In this document: piece after piece, positions 39,101 through 51,615 of the stretch
How positions within the stretch are numbered: the first letter of the stretch is position 1
Layout: every line of letters starts with the position of its first letter
Origin: Antedon mediterranea
Lineage: Eukaryota > Animalia > Echinodermata
Assembly (NCBI RefSeq): GCF_964355755.1
Contig: NC_092679.1
Location: 28,001 to 92,000, forward strand
Direction: 5' to 3'
Length of the DNA: 64,000 nucleotides
Notes under the pieces: generated by a model
Seen by the model: the letters and a program-made list of their open reading frames with translations, nothing else
The model's database searches: none
Told to the model about the DNA's origin: nothing
Position numbers and translations under genes: made by a program

Positions 39101-42100
39101 TGAAAAAAAAAACCAAAATGATAGAATGTGTCATTATTCATTATCATTTTGCCACTAAAAATGCATGAGTTGATCTGCAATTGTGTAAACAACATACTGT
39201 ATCTCTTTCCTCGTGTCTCAGATCCAAGTAGCAGGTACAATACTGTTTGGAAGTGTAAAAGGGGTAAATGTCACATAAGTCCATACTACGACCAATAGTC
39301 TGTTTCTGAATTTTAATATTTAGTAAAAAAATTTTAATTTATAATATAATTATTTAAAAAACAATGTTCAAAGTGTCAATAAAGGGAAATGATTATTAAC
39401 CACAATGACAAAACTTAAAAAATGCCAACACAATCCTAGTATAAGTAAATGTGAACATGTTTTGGAAATGTGCATTTGAAATTATATCTACGCCACAATG
39501 CAACACAACAATTCAGATTAGCATCCCAAATGTATTCATATTTGTAGGAATTATTCATGACATTGACAGCAGGGTGAACACTTTGGGTTTTACCATGTTT
39601 ACTATCAGATAATTTAACATATTATATTTTACCATGTTTACTATCAGTTAATTTAACATATTATATTTTATCATGTTTACTATCAGTTAATTTAACAAGT
39701 TATATTTTACCATGTTTACTATCAGTTAATTTAACAAGTTATATTTTACCATGTTTATTTATCAGATAATTTAACATATTATATTTTACCATGTTTACTA
39801 TCAGTTAATTTAACATATTATATTTTACCATGTTTACTATCAGTTAATTTAACAAGTGATATTTTACCATGTTTACTATCAGTTAATTTAACATATTATA
39901 TTTTATCATGTTTACTATCAGTTAATTTAACATATTATATTTTACCATGTTTACTATCAGTTAATTTAACAAGTTATATTTTACCATGTTTATTTATCAG
40001 ATAATTTAACATATTATATTTTACCATGTTTACTATCAGTTAATTTAACATATTATATTTTACCATGTTTACTATCAGTTAATTTAACAAGTGATATTTT
40101 ACCATGTTTACTATCAGTTAATTTAACATATTATATTTTATCATGTTTACTATCAGTTAATTTAACATATTATATTTTACCATGTTTACTATCAGTTAAT
40201 TTAACAAGTTATATTTTACCATGTTTATTTATCAGATAATTTAACATATTATATTTTACCATGTTTACTATCAGTTAATTTAACATATTATATTTTACCA
40301 TGTTTATTTATCAGTTAATTTAACATATTATATTTTACCATGTTTATGTATCAGTTAATTTAACAAGTTATATTATCATGTTTACTGTATCAGTTAATTT
40401 AACAAGTTATATATCATGTTTACTATCAGTTAATTTAACATATTATATTTTACCATGTTTACTATCAGTTAATTTAACAAGTTATATATCATGTTTACTA
40501 TCAGTTAATTTAACATATTATATTTTACCATGTTTACTATCAGTTAATTTAACAAGTTATATTTATCATGTTTACTATCAGTTAATTTAACATATTATAT
40601 TTTACCATGTTTACTATCAGTTAATTTAACAAGTTATATTTATCATGTTTACTATCAGTTAATTTAACATATTATATTTTACCATGTTTACTATCAGTTA
40701 ATTTAACAAGTTATATTTTATCATGTTTACTATCAGTTAATTTAACATATTATATTTTATCATGTTTACTATCAGTTAATTTAACAAGTTATATTTTATC
40801 ATGTTTACTATCAGTTAATTTAACATATTATATTTTATCATGTTTACTATCAGTTAATTTAACAAGTTATATTTTATCATGTTTACTATCAGTTAATTTA
40901 ACATATTATATTTTATCATGTTTACAGTACTATCAGTTAATTTAACAAGTTATATTTTATCATGTTTACTATCAGTTAATTTAACAAGTTATATTTTATC
41001 ATGCTTACTGTATCAGTTAATTTAACAAGTTATATATCATGTTTACTATCAGTTAATTTAACATATTATATTTTATCATGTTTACTATCAGTTAATTTAA
41101 CATATTATATTTTACCATGTTTACTATCAGTTAATTTAACAAGTTATATTTATCATGTTTACTATCAGTTAATTTAACATATTATATTTTACCATGTTTA
41201 CTATCAGTTAATTTAACAAGTTATATTTTATCATGTTTACTATCAGTTAATTTAACATATTATATTTTATCATGTTTACTATCAGTTAATTTAACAAGTT
41301 ATATTTTATCATGTTTACTATCAGTTAATTTAACATATTATATTTTATCATGTTTACTATCAGTTAATTTAACAAGTTATATTTTATCATGTTTACTATC
41401 AGTTAATTTAACATATTATATTTTATCATGTTTACTATCAGTTAATTTAACAAGTTATATTTTATCATGTTTACTATCAGTTAATTTAACAAGTTATATT
41501 TTATCATGCTTACTGTATCAGTTAATTTAACAAGTTATATTTTATCATGTTTACTGTATCAGTTAATTTAACATATTATATTTTACCATGTTTACAGTAT
41601 AAGTTAAATTAACATATTTTCAACCAATGCAAACTGCAAGACAAGATAGTGTACATTCAAGGTATATTTAGACAGTAATTTCAATTTCATTGAATCATCA
41701 TTAACCTGAAAATTGACATCACAATGTCTCACTGAAATTTTTTTTTTAGTTGCAATTGATAATTTTTGAAATTTATAACATTAATTATAGCATACATATT
41801 TATTCTGGAAATGTTGTGTCAGTTGGCAGAATACTATTATCAGAGTTGGCAAAGTTAAATAGAGCAGTCTAATCTTTCATCGAATTGACATTCTCTCGGT
41901 TCAATGAATACAAAAAAAATTTTATTTTTTTTTTTTGTTTATAAAAGCCACACCTTACTGTGTGTATTCAATTTAATCATAAATAATTGACAAAGGCTAG
42001 ACCAGTACAATTATAATTAGATCATTTTCATGGTCAAGTTGACTACTTTTAGTATCTATCTATGTAGACTATCTATTTTATTATATTTAGTGATAAATAT

Positions 42101-45100
42101 TAATAATAAAACAAATTACCATTTAAATGTTATTAACATTAACAATAATTCTTTTCATATTCTATCTGTATTAATTAACTATTTATTATATTATTAATGT
42201 GACTTTGCAAGTTTTAATTGTGCATAGTAAAAACTAAAATGTCCTTACTCTGTTCGGTTTCAAGTTGAGTGCTGGTAACTGCTTTGCCCGGGTACGTGAT
42301 GTTGGCCAGTTAAGGGGCATCACTTGTCCAAAATTATCAGTCACTTTCTTCCATAATCTGATTAATAAAAAAGAAGTTCAAAGAAAACAAATGGTAGATT
42401 TACAAATATGCAGGAAGTACTAGTGGGTCCTCATAAATACCAAGCCTATATTACTTTAAAAACATTAAACCAGGTCTTTGTGTTAAATTTTGTTTTATGG
42501 TAAATTATGATAAAAAGAGAGAAACAATGGTCGTGGTGAAGGTCCTTTAATGGACGTTCCTGAGACCTGGCTAAGCCTAGCTAGGCTTAGTTTTGTAGGC
42601 CTAGCTGGTAAACATCAGTAGCGTACCTACATCGTACACTAGCTATAGGCCTAGTCTGACGTTGTATATTTGCTGCATGAATTGTCTTTCTGTTTTTGCC
42701 AAATTTCTGTTGAAAAATTGGGTGAAACCTGGTATATAAAGTCTTCAAATTGTTTTGGCCTCATGATCGATCGATCGAAAAGTGGGTGAATTACAGAACG
42801 CAAATATCAATCTGAGCCCAATGCATGCATTAAATTAATATTATATTCAACTTATTTTTCACATCTTTTCACAGCTTGCAGACGAAAAAAGTTATCTAAA
42901 TAGGACAATGATAATATAGTATTTATTTTTATATTAAATGTAGTTTGTGACCTTAAATTAGATCTAAAAAACGTAAGGAATGGGACTTTAAGCCGCGATC
43001 ATCTCGCCGCCATAAACAATGAGTTAACGTTGCTGAGGTAGTGCGGGTATTTGGTAGTGGAACCGATCGGGTTTGGATGATGATTGAATGTCTACTGAGT
43101 TTTGTATCGTATTATTTTGTGTGACAACAAATTGCACAACGCATTTTGAAATTGCACAAACAATAATAACAGGAAATGTAGTAGGCATAACAAATTGTGC
43201 ATAGAAATTACTCAAGAAAACTCTTGCGCAATTTTAAATCATTTATAACTGCTAATATTTAATACAACCCTACCTACTACCAACCACCAACCACACAGTA
43301 TATACAAAAAAAGGATAATAAGCCTAAAGTATACAACACCCTCCATGAAACATTTTGAAAATCTGTTTTAATAATTCGAACATTGTATTTTTCGTCACAT
43401 TTTACACCACGCAAACATACTACCTAGTTGACGCATATTCATACATTTTTTAAGCTGATCGAGTAACATATTTTTACGCCAAAATCGCTGCGAAACAGCA
43501 GCAGAGCGCTGGTGGCCTAGGCCTACAGTAGACTGGTGTCTGATAATTTCGGCCGCCAGTCATTTTGGCTGTCGGTTATGGAATTGCCAAATTCATGAAA
43601 CGCCAAAAAGGACAAAATATGTATTTTTCATTTCGTCCACCAGAATTGTAATTATTCTTGAATATGTACGACACGCCATGTGAATATATTTTTACTAATA
43701 CTGTAAAATTAAGCCGAATCGGTGGTTCTCAATTCCAGAAACAGCAGCTATATTATCACTACGGTGAATATTAATGATATTTTCGGCTAACGTTGCACTC
43801 TACATTTAATAATGTAAGAATGTTTATTAAACCTACTGAACTGTAATAGGCCTACATTTTTTTTCTCAATTTATTTTACAGGTGCTAAGAAGTATGTGTA
43901 CTTTTTGAAAATAAAGTGGTTTTGGGGTTTTTGTTTTACCGTATTTTGCAAATTGTATTATTTAAATGTCGGAAATTTAGATATTTTATAAATTATTTAT
44001 CAGTATTAATACTTAAATATCGATAACAACTTAGGACATTCTTTCTTTGCCACGCCTATCAATCTAATCTTTTTGCTGTTTTACAATATACGATCCATTG
44101 TACAAACCCAAACTGTCTAACAGAAACCGGTAACTTTTGTTTGTTTGGGATACATTTAAACTCAAGTGCTTAAAAAATTAACAAATACAATTGAAAAAAG
44201 GGAATATACCGGTAGTGGTTATGAGCCTCGTTTGGGGTATGTATAATAATAATGGGAATATACCGGTAGTGGTTATGAGCCTCGTTTGGGGTATGTATAA
44301 TAATAATGGGAATATACCGGTAGTGGTTATGAGTCTCGTTTGGGGTATGTATAATAATAATGGGAATATACCGGTAGTGGTTATGAGCCTCGTTTGGGGT
44401 ATGTATAATAATAATGGGAATATACCGGTAGTGGTTATGAGCCTCGTTTGGGGTATGTATAATAATAATGGGAATATACCGGTAGTGGTTGTGAGCCTCG
44501 TTTGGGGTATGTATAATAATAATGGGAATATACCGGTAGTGGTTATGAGCCTCGTTTGGGGTATGTATAATAATAATGGGAATATACCGGTAGTGGTTAT
44601 GAGCCTCATTTGGGGTATGTATAATAATAATGGGAATATACCGGTAGTGGTTATGAGCCTCGTTTGGTATTTATCAGCTATTTGTTGTGAATGATTATGG
44701 TAAGACACTAACCTAAATTAAGCCATACATTCCAACTGTTAGATGGTTTCGCCGGCAGATACATTAAAAACAATCTCATTTCCGACGGATACGTAGCCCT
44801 ACACCAGTTTTACTTTAAAATGTATAGCTTTTATGTTATATAAAAAACGTCACCATTTACATAAAAGGGGAATCCCGGATTTTGTAGTTTTAGCGACAGC
44901 TCAATACAGCCATTTCCGCAGCTAAAAAACAAATTATAAAAGTGCGCATGATCAGTCATTACTAAACAACCAGGTGTCAAATCACATTGCAACAATTTTT
45001 CCTTTAAGCCAAAAGTTAAAAATTATCGTATTTTTCCGATAATTATCTGATTTGAATGAGAAAAAAAAGCCGCTTCCTTGGATATTTGAACAAACGAATA

Positions 45101-48100
45101 AACAATGCATCGCGCGTCATCGCATGTTTATTGAAATTTAATATGAAGTGTGCAAAAAGAAGACCACATTATATTTTTTTAAAAAGATACGCCTACTTGT
45201 TTAGCGCATAGTAACTGTTTAGCGCCGGCTTCGTTTTTTTAAACAAATATTTTATGACGAAATGCATCCAACAATGACAAAGAAAAATCCTCTCAGAGGT
45301 ATACATACGGTTATTGTTAGCGGCGGTTTCAAAGATCATTGTACTAAGGTATTAAAACCAAGGCACTAATGTTTAATGAGCCTTGTAAAACTCATCTCAG
45401 GGCATTTTGTTTGGAAATTATAAATGAAACTTCCCTTATCGCAAAGCTATCATTTTTTTTTTATAAGAAGGAGGTGATGCTGAAGTTTTTTGTGCCAGTC
45501 AAAAACACTTTATTCGTTTGTTTTACATTTATTATATTCATAAAGAAACACATTTTAACAAAGCACACGAATCTTCGGGACCTGTAAAATAATAACAAAA
45601 ATAAACATTTAATCAATATTCATTTTGACCAAAATATTCAGACGGTAAAATAATATAACTTTAAATCTACGACAAAAAATATGTATCTAGCCCATTGCAC
45701 AACTGATCTCTGGTTTAAATGACCAGTAGTTCTCTGTGGTGTTCCATAGACTTTGTAAAGTTATTTTTTTCACTGAAATACTGTACACCGTTATTTCTGG
45801 CTATTTAAATTTGGCGCGCCATACCTGGCGGCCGAAATGGTCATGCCATATTTTGTCCTTTTTGGCGTTTCATAAATTTGGTCGTTCCATAACTGGGGGT
45901 CGAAATGCACTGTGACCCAGTACTAGTAGACTAGTAGAGTATAAGAAGTGGTTTACGATGAAATCGGTCGCGTTTGAAATCGGTCGCAATAAAATCAACT
46001 TCCGGTATTTTGTATGGCGCGCCGTTAGAGCTATACGTTTGAAATCGGTCGCGTTTGAAATCGGTCGCGCTATTTTGTATGGAGCGAGATGCATTTTCTT
46101 CGTTTATATAGTCTAGATTTAATTGATATTTTTTAGGAACCAGATTATTTATGTGGATATTTTTTATTTTGGTTAATAAATATTTATTATCAATCATTTT
46201 TTTTTATTTCACAGGTTTTGGAGAAGGACTGTGTCTTTTCAAAATGGCCATTTCTAAACACGTTTAAATATTTTATTAGGCATATAATAATTTACCTCTA
46301 TTTTATTATGTACTGTAATTAATATATTATATAGAGAATATACGTCTGTGTCTTTTATTATACAAACAATTACGTAAAAGAGAACAATTTATTTAAAAAC
46401 AATAATTGTTACAATGTATAGCCCGTAAAGCCAGCGTATCCATTTTTATACTTATGCATACTGTGGCAGATATATCATATCCATGTCGTTAAAAACTTGC
46501 TATTGGATCACCTTATTTTAATTTCTATTTTATTTATGTCCGTACGTTATGTAGGATAATATTAAGTATAGGCCTATAATGATTATTGTTGAGGCAAATC
46601 ATGTGTATATTTTTATTTCTTAATGTTTAGGCCTAATAGTTTATAGTAAAAATGATTTTTATATGCGGATCGTTAAAAGGCGAGTTACTGAAATAAACCC
46701 CGAAAGAGGCCATATCGTGGATGCGCCTTCTATGATCGTGCAGACGTTAACTGCACGTTATTTTGCTAACGGGGATTCCCTTTAAAAAAAAACATGCACT
46801 ATTGTGTCAAATGGAAAAAACACGTACGATCGTTGTCCATGGCCATGTAAAGATGACGTATAGGCCTATTACTAATAACCATACGTTTGAAACATCTAGG
46901 CCTGCACGTGTTTTTGTGAAACATAGTTCCATGGTGAAACGATGTATATAATTTACGTATATACGTCGGTGATACTATAGTTTTTAATTTGAATATCTTT
47001 TATTTCTTCATTTATAATAATCACTTAATGTAAATAATTAAAGTACCACTCAGTGTCTCACATCTGTACGCCGTTCGTAAATCTAAATGTTTAAATATCA
47101 GTGCAAGATTACCTCTTTGAGAATCGTGCCCACCTTTATTATCCATCCATTATTATTCTCACATCTAGGCCTATCATTGTACAGCATACTGCATAGTCCT
47201 ACTGTATAGGCCCGGTAGATTGATTTATAACGGCATTATTTTATTCGCCGTGATTAGGATTCCGGCACCGGAACTCAACTGCCCAGCGTTAGGGATTCCG
47301 ACACGCTATTGCGCATGCCCAGAGCGAGGTAATCGGCAACTCTACTTAAATCAACAGAGCGATGGATCATTTCATAGCTGCGCCACACGCGGCGAACTAA
47401 CCTATGTGGCCAGATCTTCTAATACTAGATGCCTACTAATATGGGATCCACTAATCTAGGCTAGGGCTATAACACTTTTAAAAACGATTTTCTAAACGAA
47501 CACATTACAATTATTCATAGACACCTGTAAGATAAAATGAAAACACAAATTATTTATAAATAATGAGATAAATATTTATAATAACTGTACTAAAAAAATA
47601 ACAACAATCGAGGTAAAAAAAATGTTAATAGTAGGCCTATTAGAAATTCTATATTCAAAATTAACTAAAAACATAATTAGCGTTTTCATTAAAAATGTAT
47701 CTAGCTTAAAATTAGGCCTAGTGCGGCACCTGCGTCCCATCATGCAAAATAGCGCAACCGATTTCAAACGCGACCGATATCATTAAACGTATAGCTCTAG
47801 CGGCGTGCCCTACAAAATACGGGAAGTTGATTTTATCGCGACCGATTTTAAACGCGACCGATTTCAGACGCGACCGATTTCATCTGACACCGAAGAAGTA
47901 GGCCTAGGCCTAGGCTAGCTAGGCCTAACCGCGGAGATCCCTAACCGTCTAAAATGTTATCACAAAACTGTACTCACTTGCAATTTTTCATAATTTCCTC
48001 TTGTGACAAGATTTTGACAGGGGCAAATCTGTCTGTGTTTAAATTAAAATTTCTGAAACAACTCGCCAATTTATCGTCAAAATTGTTCACAAGATCTTCG

Positions 48101-48285
48101 ATGGAATCTGATCTCATTTCGGAAAAATTGTCCACGTTAATTTCTTCTTTGGATGATGAAAACTCCGAATATAGATCCCCATTGGAGTTCACAATATCCG
48201 AGGAAGTTCTATAATCAATAAATTCAGGCCATTCTTCGCATTCCTGGTCTTCATTTTCATCGAAAACTGCAATTGGCGCTGCCAT
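30151..48285 (-). CDS. FEZ2: Fasciculation and elongation protein zeta (FEZ1/FEZ2/UNC-76 co-ortholog), ~368 aa
   Basis: Minus-strand exons 48285-47978, 42357-42249, 39059-38895, 38703-38574, 30964-30729, 30496-30421, 30334-30269, 30167-30151. Motifs SIEDLVNNFDDKLASCFRN, TDNFGQVMPLNW, DMHSMI, LTADQVIEEI, YSEVLVHDLALREELEFEKEMKNQFIS, YLTTRIPY, LLTNYILKVLCPT*. Confidence 0.95.
30593..30739. repeat. 50-bp x3 tandem duplication of the FEZ exon 5 donor
   Basis: ACACTTACAAGTCCGGGTT at 30621, 30671 and 30721. Confidence 0.9.
32401..33085. repeat. 47-bp minisatellite, ~10 copies, interrupted by a MITE
   Basis: ATTAAATGGGAATGCTTTAGTAGTATTCAATATAGAGAGCAGGGCAC. Confidence 0.95.
32520..32705. mobile_element. 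Tc1/mariner-pogo-type MITE (186 bp)
   Basis: TA|CAGTCAACTCTCCCAATACCGGAC...GTCCGGTATTGGGAGAGTTGACTG|TA; neighbouring repeat units show the empty TA site. Confidence 0.92.
33320..35397. repeat. 70-bp minisatellite, ~11 copies, split by a Helitron
   Basis: Unit ATTTTGGGTACAGTAATTATTACTATGTCTTGAGCACGTTAGGCTGATACCAACATGACCCATATTTCAC at 33320-33695 and 35012-35397. Confidence 0.95.
33696..35011 (-). mobile_element. Non-autonomous Helitron (1316 bp)
   Basis: On the minus strand it starts TC(TATATA) and ends CTAG, has a GC-rich 3' hairpin (CTAGAGGG...CCCTCTAG), and sits between A and T of a repeat unit with no TSD. Confidence 0.9.
35483..35770 (-). mobile_element. tRNA-derived SINE, Deu-domain-like, 5' truncated; related copy at 50930-51180
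   Basis: Shared TACACCGGGGTAACCCCCTACTCGTCTC...GAGAAGACTCGTT..ACCACCAGAACCATGGAG; (CAAA)n tail; B-box-like sequence on the minus strand. Confidence 0.7.
36428..36557. repeat. 42-bp tandem repeat x3
   Basis: AAAATACTTCATACCTCCATGATATAAAAGCCTATTGTATTT. Confidence 0.9.
36797..38572. repeat. 57/58-bp minisatellite, ~31 copies, abutting the FEZ exon 4 donor
   Basis: GGCACTGGACACCAATGGACCAGTGAAACTAATAATAAGGTGTAGTAAATGATATTA; the array runs up to the GT at 38573-38572. Confidence 0.97.
39587..41597. repeat. 38/39-bp minisatellite, ~50 copies, with higher-order variant blocks
   Basis: TTTTACCATGTTTACTATCAGTTAATTTAACATATTATA and CAAGTTATA variants. Confidence 0.97.
43570..45896. mobile_element. Degenerate TIR element (~2.3 kb) in FEZ intron 1
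   Basis: GTTATGGAATTGCCAAATTCATGAAACGCCAAAAAGGACAAAATATG is inverted at 45848-45894; no TSD identified. Confidence 0.55.
44200..44667. repeat. 54-bp minisatellite, ~8.6 copies
   Basis: GGGAATATACCGGTAGTGGTTATGAGCCTCGTTTGGGGTATGTATAATAATAAT. Confidence 0.95.
45958..47889. mobile_element. TIR element (~1.9 kb), possibly Ginger-like, ending ~90 bp from FEZ exon 1
   Basis: ~140-bp inverted arms with repeated GAAATCGGTCGCG / CGCGACCGATTTC; right end ...ATCTGACA; left terminus degenerate. Confidence 0.65.
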
Positions 48286-49532
48286 TGTGTTTCTCACTCA
48301 GCCTCAAATCATCATCGTCCCCAAATTATAATAAAGTCAGCTTGGGCTTCTTCTCGCGCTGATCCTGCTGATCCCTGCTACTCTGCTGCTGCTGTCTCTA
48401 CCTCCGCCGCCGCACGCCGCGTACACAGTACACGCGGCGTTCCCTATCTCTCTCTCAGGGAGGAGCTTGTTGTTTTTATCATCGCCGTAACATTTAATTT
48501 CGCCGCCGGCCAGCCAGCCACACCATCCTCCCAGCAGAAAACTTCAACCGTTAGAGAGCAGTATACAGATAGCACTCACTTACTCTAGCAGAGAGCCATC
48601 CATTATATATAAAGAGTTATGACGACTTTGAATGGATTAGAAACCATGTTTGTGTCCAAGTGTTCCTATGTAGAGTAGAGTTGAGTCTTTTGTTTTAAAA
48701 ATGTATAATGTTCAAAAGGCTTTAACTATCGAATTTAATATCAAAACAATCAATTTGTTTAAAGGTTTTTATTAAGATATTAACGAAATCATAAAGTTAC
48801 TGCGAACATGATTTTAAACAACAAAAACAGCAATTTCGGAACAGCTCTGGCTGTGCGCCCATGATGCACGCTCTATGTGCGTGTTTAGTTTGTACAGCGA
48901 TTCTCTATAGTAATGCATTGTTTTTACATCTTGTTGTTTAAAATCATGTTCTGTGACAACAAAATCTGTTCAATTCATAACTACTGTATTTTATTCAGTT
49001 GACAATCAACATTGAAATTCTTTAATGTATATTTACAATCTGCAATGGGTAATAATATTCATTTTTTTAACCATAATTGTTTTTTGAAGGTTGATTACAA
49101 TACAAATGTATGGATTTACAGTATCTATACAAAACCAAACACTAATACACCAATTACAAAAAGAGAACAGTATGCACTGTTACAAACAATTTTATTTACA
49201 AACTATTTAATGAAAATATAATAAATATTAAAAAAGAGAAAAAATTAATTTAAACAATAGGCTACCAATAAAATCCTGTATAGTATAATTCAATCTTATA
49301 CAGTAAGTTCATTGTTTTTTATTCTTACAGTATTTGTAAATAAAACCATTGAGTACTGTATATGAATATAATTTTTGTTAAGTTTTAAAAACATTGTTAA
49401 ATATATTATTTCAGCACATAGACAAAGAAACCATATTTTGGTGCTTCATCACCTGTATGTTTTAATTAAAAGACACTGAATTTTGTATCAACAATTAGAA
49501 GTTTATAAATAAATGGGAACTGAAATGACCAA

Positions 49533-50622
49533 TCAACACTCAACACCATATTTGTCAAAATTTCTAAACACAACTCCTAATTGCAAGTGAACTTTTCCCA
49601 TAGCAACTGTCTGTAATGTGTAGCGCTCTGCGCTATACACCATGTCAGGGTTACGCAACTGTGGTCCACCTCCAAGGAAAAATTGTGTGACCTGATCACG
49701 ATAGGAACCAGCAGGTCGCCATGTAACACATTCAATATCATGAGTTCCCGGTGATGTTGGAATATGACAGAATCCATACCCATGTAGTTCACTGCGACCG
49801 TACGAATCTTGATGAAAAACTTTAAAATTCAACTTAGGCCATCCTGAAAAAAAAAGAATTCAAAGATTTATTAAAAGTTGGGTTTGACATTTCAAAAACA
49901 TCTATTTTTAAACATACTAGCTCCTCCTATCAAAACGTCAACAATTGTAGGGAATGGTGCTTTAATTTATTGTTCAAAATGAATATGAAAAATGTAATAA
50001 ATTTACTATAAAATTGTTTCTGACCTTGTAATCCTTTTGTGGCAAAGTGAATATCAATAGGATGGCACCACACTGCAAAGTCCTTACTTTGTGGAATATC
50101 AACTTGTGTTTGACCCTCACGTAATCCTGCCAACACCCTCCATGCACCACCTAAATTTTTAAAAAGTTCTATAGTTACCAAACTTGCTGTGGATAATATA
50201 TCAAATCTAAACCATGTATTGATTGCATATACATGCTTCCATCTATCATAGAAAAAGGTCGGAAATGTTTCCGTTACCAGCAATAAATGAAACACTATTA
50301 TGTTAATGTTTCTTCAGTGTCTAATTTTAAAACACATCTTGAAAATCATCACACTTGGAAATGGAAAACTTGCTTGTTTCAATCATACAAACACGACACC
50401 AAGTGGGACTCACAAACGGTAACAATGTGTAGTTAGCCATATTATTGTTGCTTTTTCACAACAAGAATTGAATTACCAATTTGGCCCTAAGATGTTTAAT
50501 ATCATAACTATTGTCAACATTATTTATAACATACCTGTGTGTATTCCCCATTTACAGTATAAATCATGAACTGGAAACCCACTGGCCCCAATGATCTCAC
50601 CAATAACATGCACCTCAGCCAT
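49533..50622 (-). CDS. B9D2: B9 domain-containing protein 2 (ciliary transition zone, MKS module), 174 aa
   Basis: Exons 50622-50535, 50150-50025, 49843-49533. Translation [81 protein letters not shown]. Putative 5'UTR donor at 52333. Confidence 0.97.
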
Positions 50623-50929
50623 TATGTATTAAAGATAATCAAATTTATCTGTATATTAACAAAAAATATAATAATTTATAGGCCCTGCTACTATAGGCTA
50701 GTATTTTTTTATTTTTTTTTTTATTACACCTTATTTATAGAGGGTGATCCTAAACAGCGCATGCAGACAATAAATTCAATTCAACTTTTATTTAAGACAA
50801 TTGTCCATATGGTACTGTATAATAATACATTACAAAAAAAATATAAAGGAGAGAGGACCAAAACTTTTATGTATTGGAATATAATGCCTCTCTCCATTTG
50901 TAGTACTATGTTTGAATCCATCAACAAAT

Positions 50930-51180
50930 ATCAAGAGGCCCTCTTGATGAGTGACAGTGGCTGTGTGTATACTAGTACACCGGGGTAACCCCCTACTCGT
51001 CTCAAAAGATGCAATAGGTTCTTGCACATGAGCCAGGTGGAACTACGCTTTATAATCCTTATTCGAGAAGACTCGTTTTACCACCAGAACCATGGAGCAA
51101 GTGAGGTTCGAACCCTTGCTGATGTCAATATGGCAAGGTATTCGGTTCCACTGTCTTAACTGCTTGACCACTCACTGGTA
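50930..51180 (-). mobile_element. tRNA-derived SINE, same family as 35483-35770
   Basis: Colinear similarity; minus strand has A-box-like TGGTCAAGCAG and B-box GGTTCGAACC. Confidence 0.7.
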
Positions 51181-51284
51181 TGTATGTCTATAGCTGGCAT
51201 ACTCAGCAGATAAATCAGGTCAAAACGTTGAGTTGAAGCCTCTCTTTATTATTGTATTAAGTATTATTAATTGGATAATTAGAG

Positions 51285-51615
51285 AAATTGAACAGCATAC
51301 GCATACAGTACTCAGTCAGAACACAATTGAACAGCATACGCATACAGTACTCAGTCAGAACACAATTGAACAGCATACGCATACAGTACTCAGTCAGAAC
51401 ACATCGGAGATTGAACAGCATACGCATACAGTACTCAGTCAGAACACAATTGAACAGCATACGCATACAGTACTCAGTCAGAACACAATTGAACAGCATA
51501 CGCATACAGTACTCAGTCAGAACACAATTGAACAGCATACGCATACAGTACTCAGTCAGAACACATCGGAGATTGAACAGCATACGCATACAGTTACTCA
51601 GTCAGAACACAATTG
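51285..51615. repeat. 39-bp minisatellite with 45-bp variants, ~8 copies
   Basis: AATTGAACAGCATACGCATACAGTACTCAGTCAGAACAC. Confidence 0.95.

Noticed and set aside
44178-44708. Repetitive ORFs here and at 37713-38405, 51233-51692, 58274-58832 and 62700-63040
   Set aside because: Translations of minisatellites with no splice or domain support.
48800-48955. Inverted pair GAACATGATTTTAAACAACAA / TTGTTGTTTAAAATCATGTTC
   Set aside because: Probably a MITE remnant, but termini and TSD could not be defined.
50566-50988. 140-aa plus-strand ORF
   Set aside because: Antisense to B9D2 exon 1, low complexity, and runs into a SINE.
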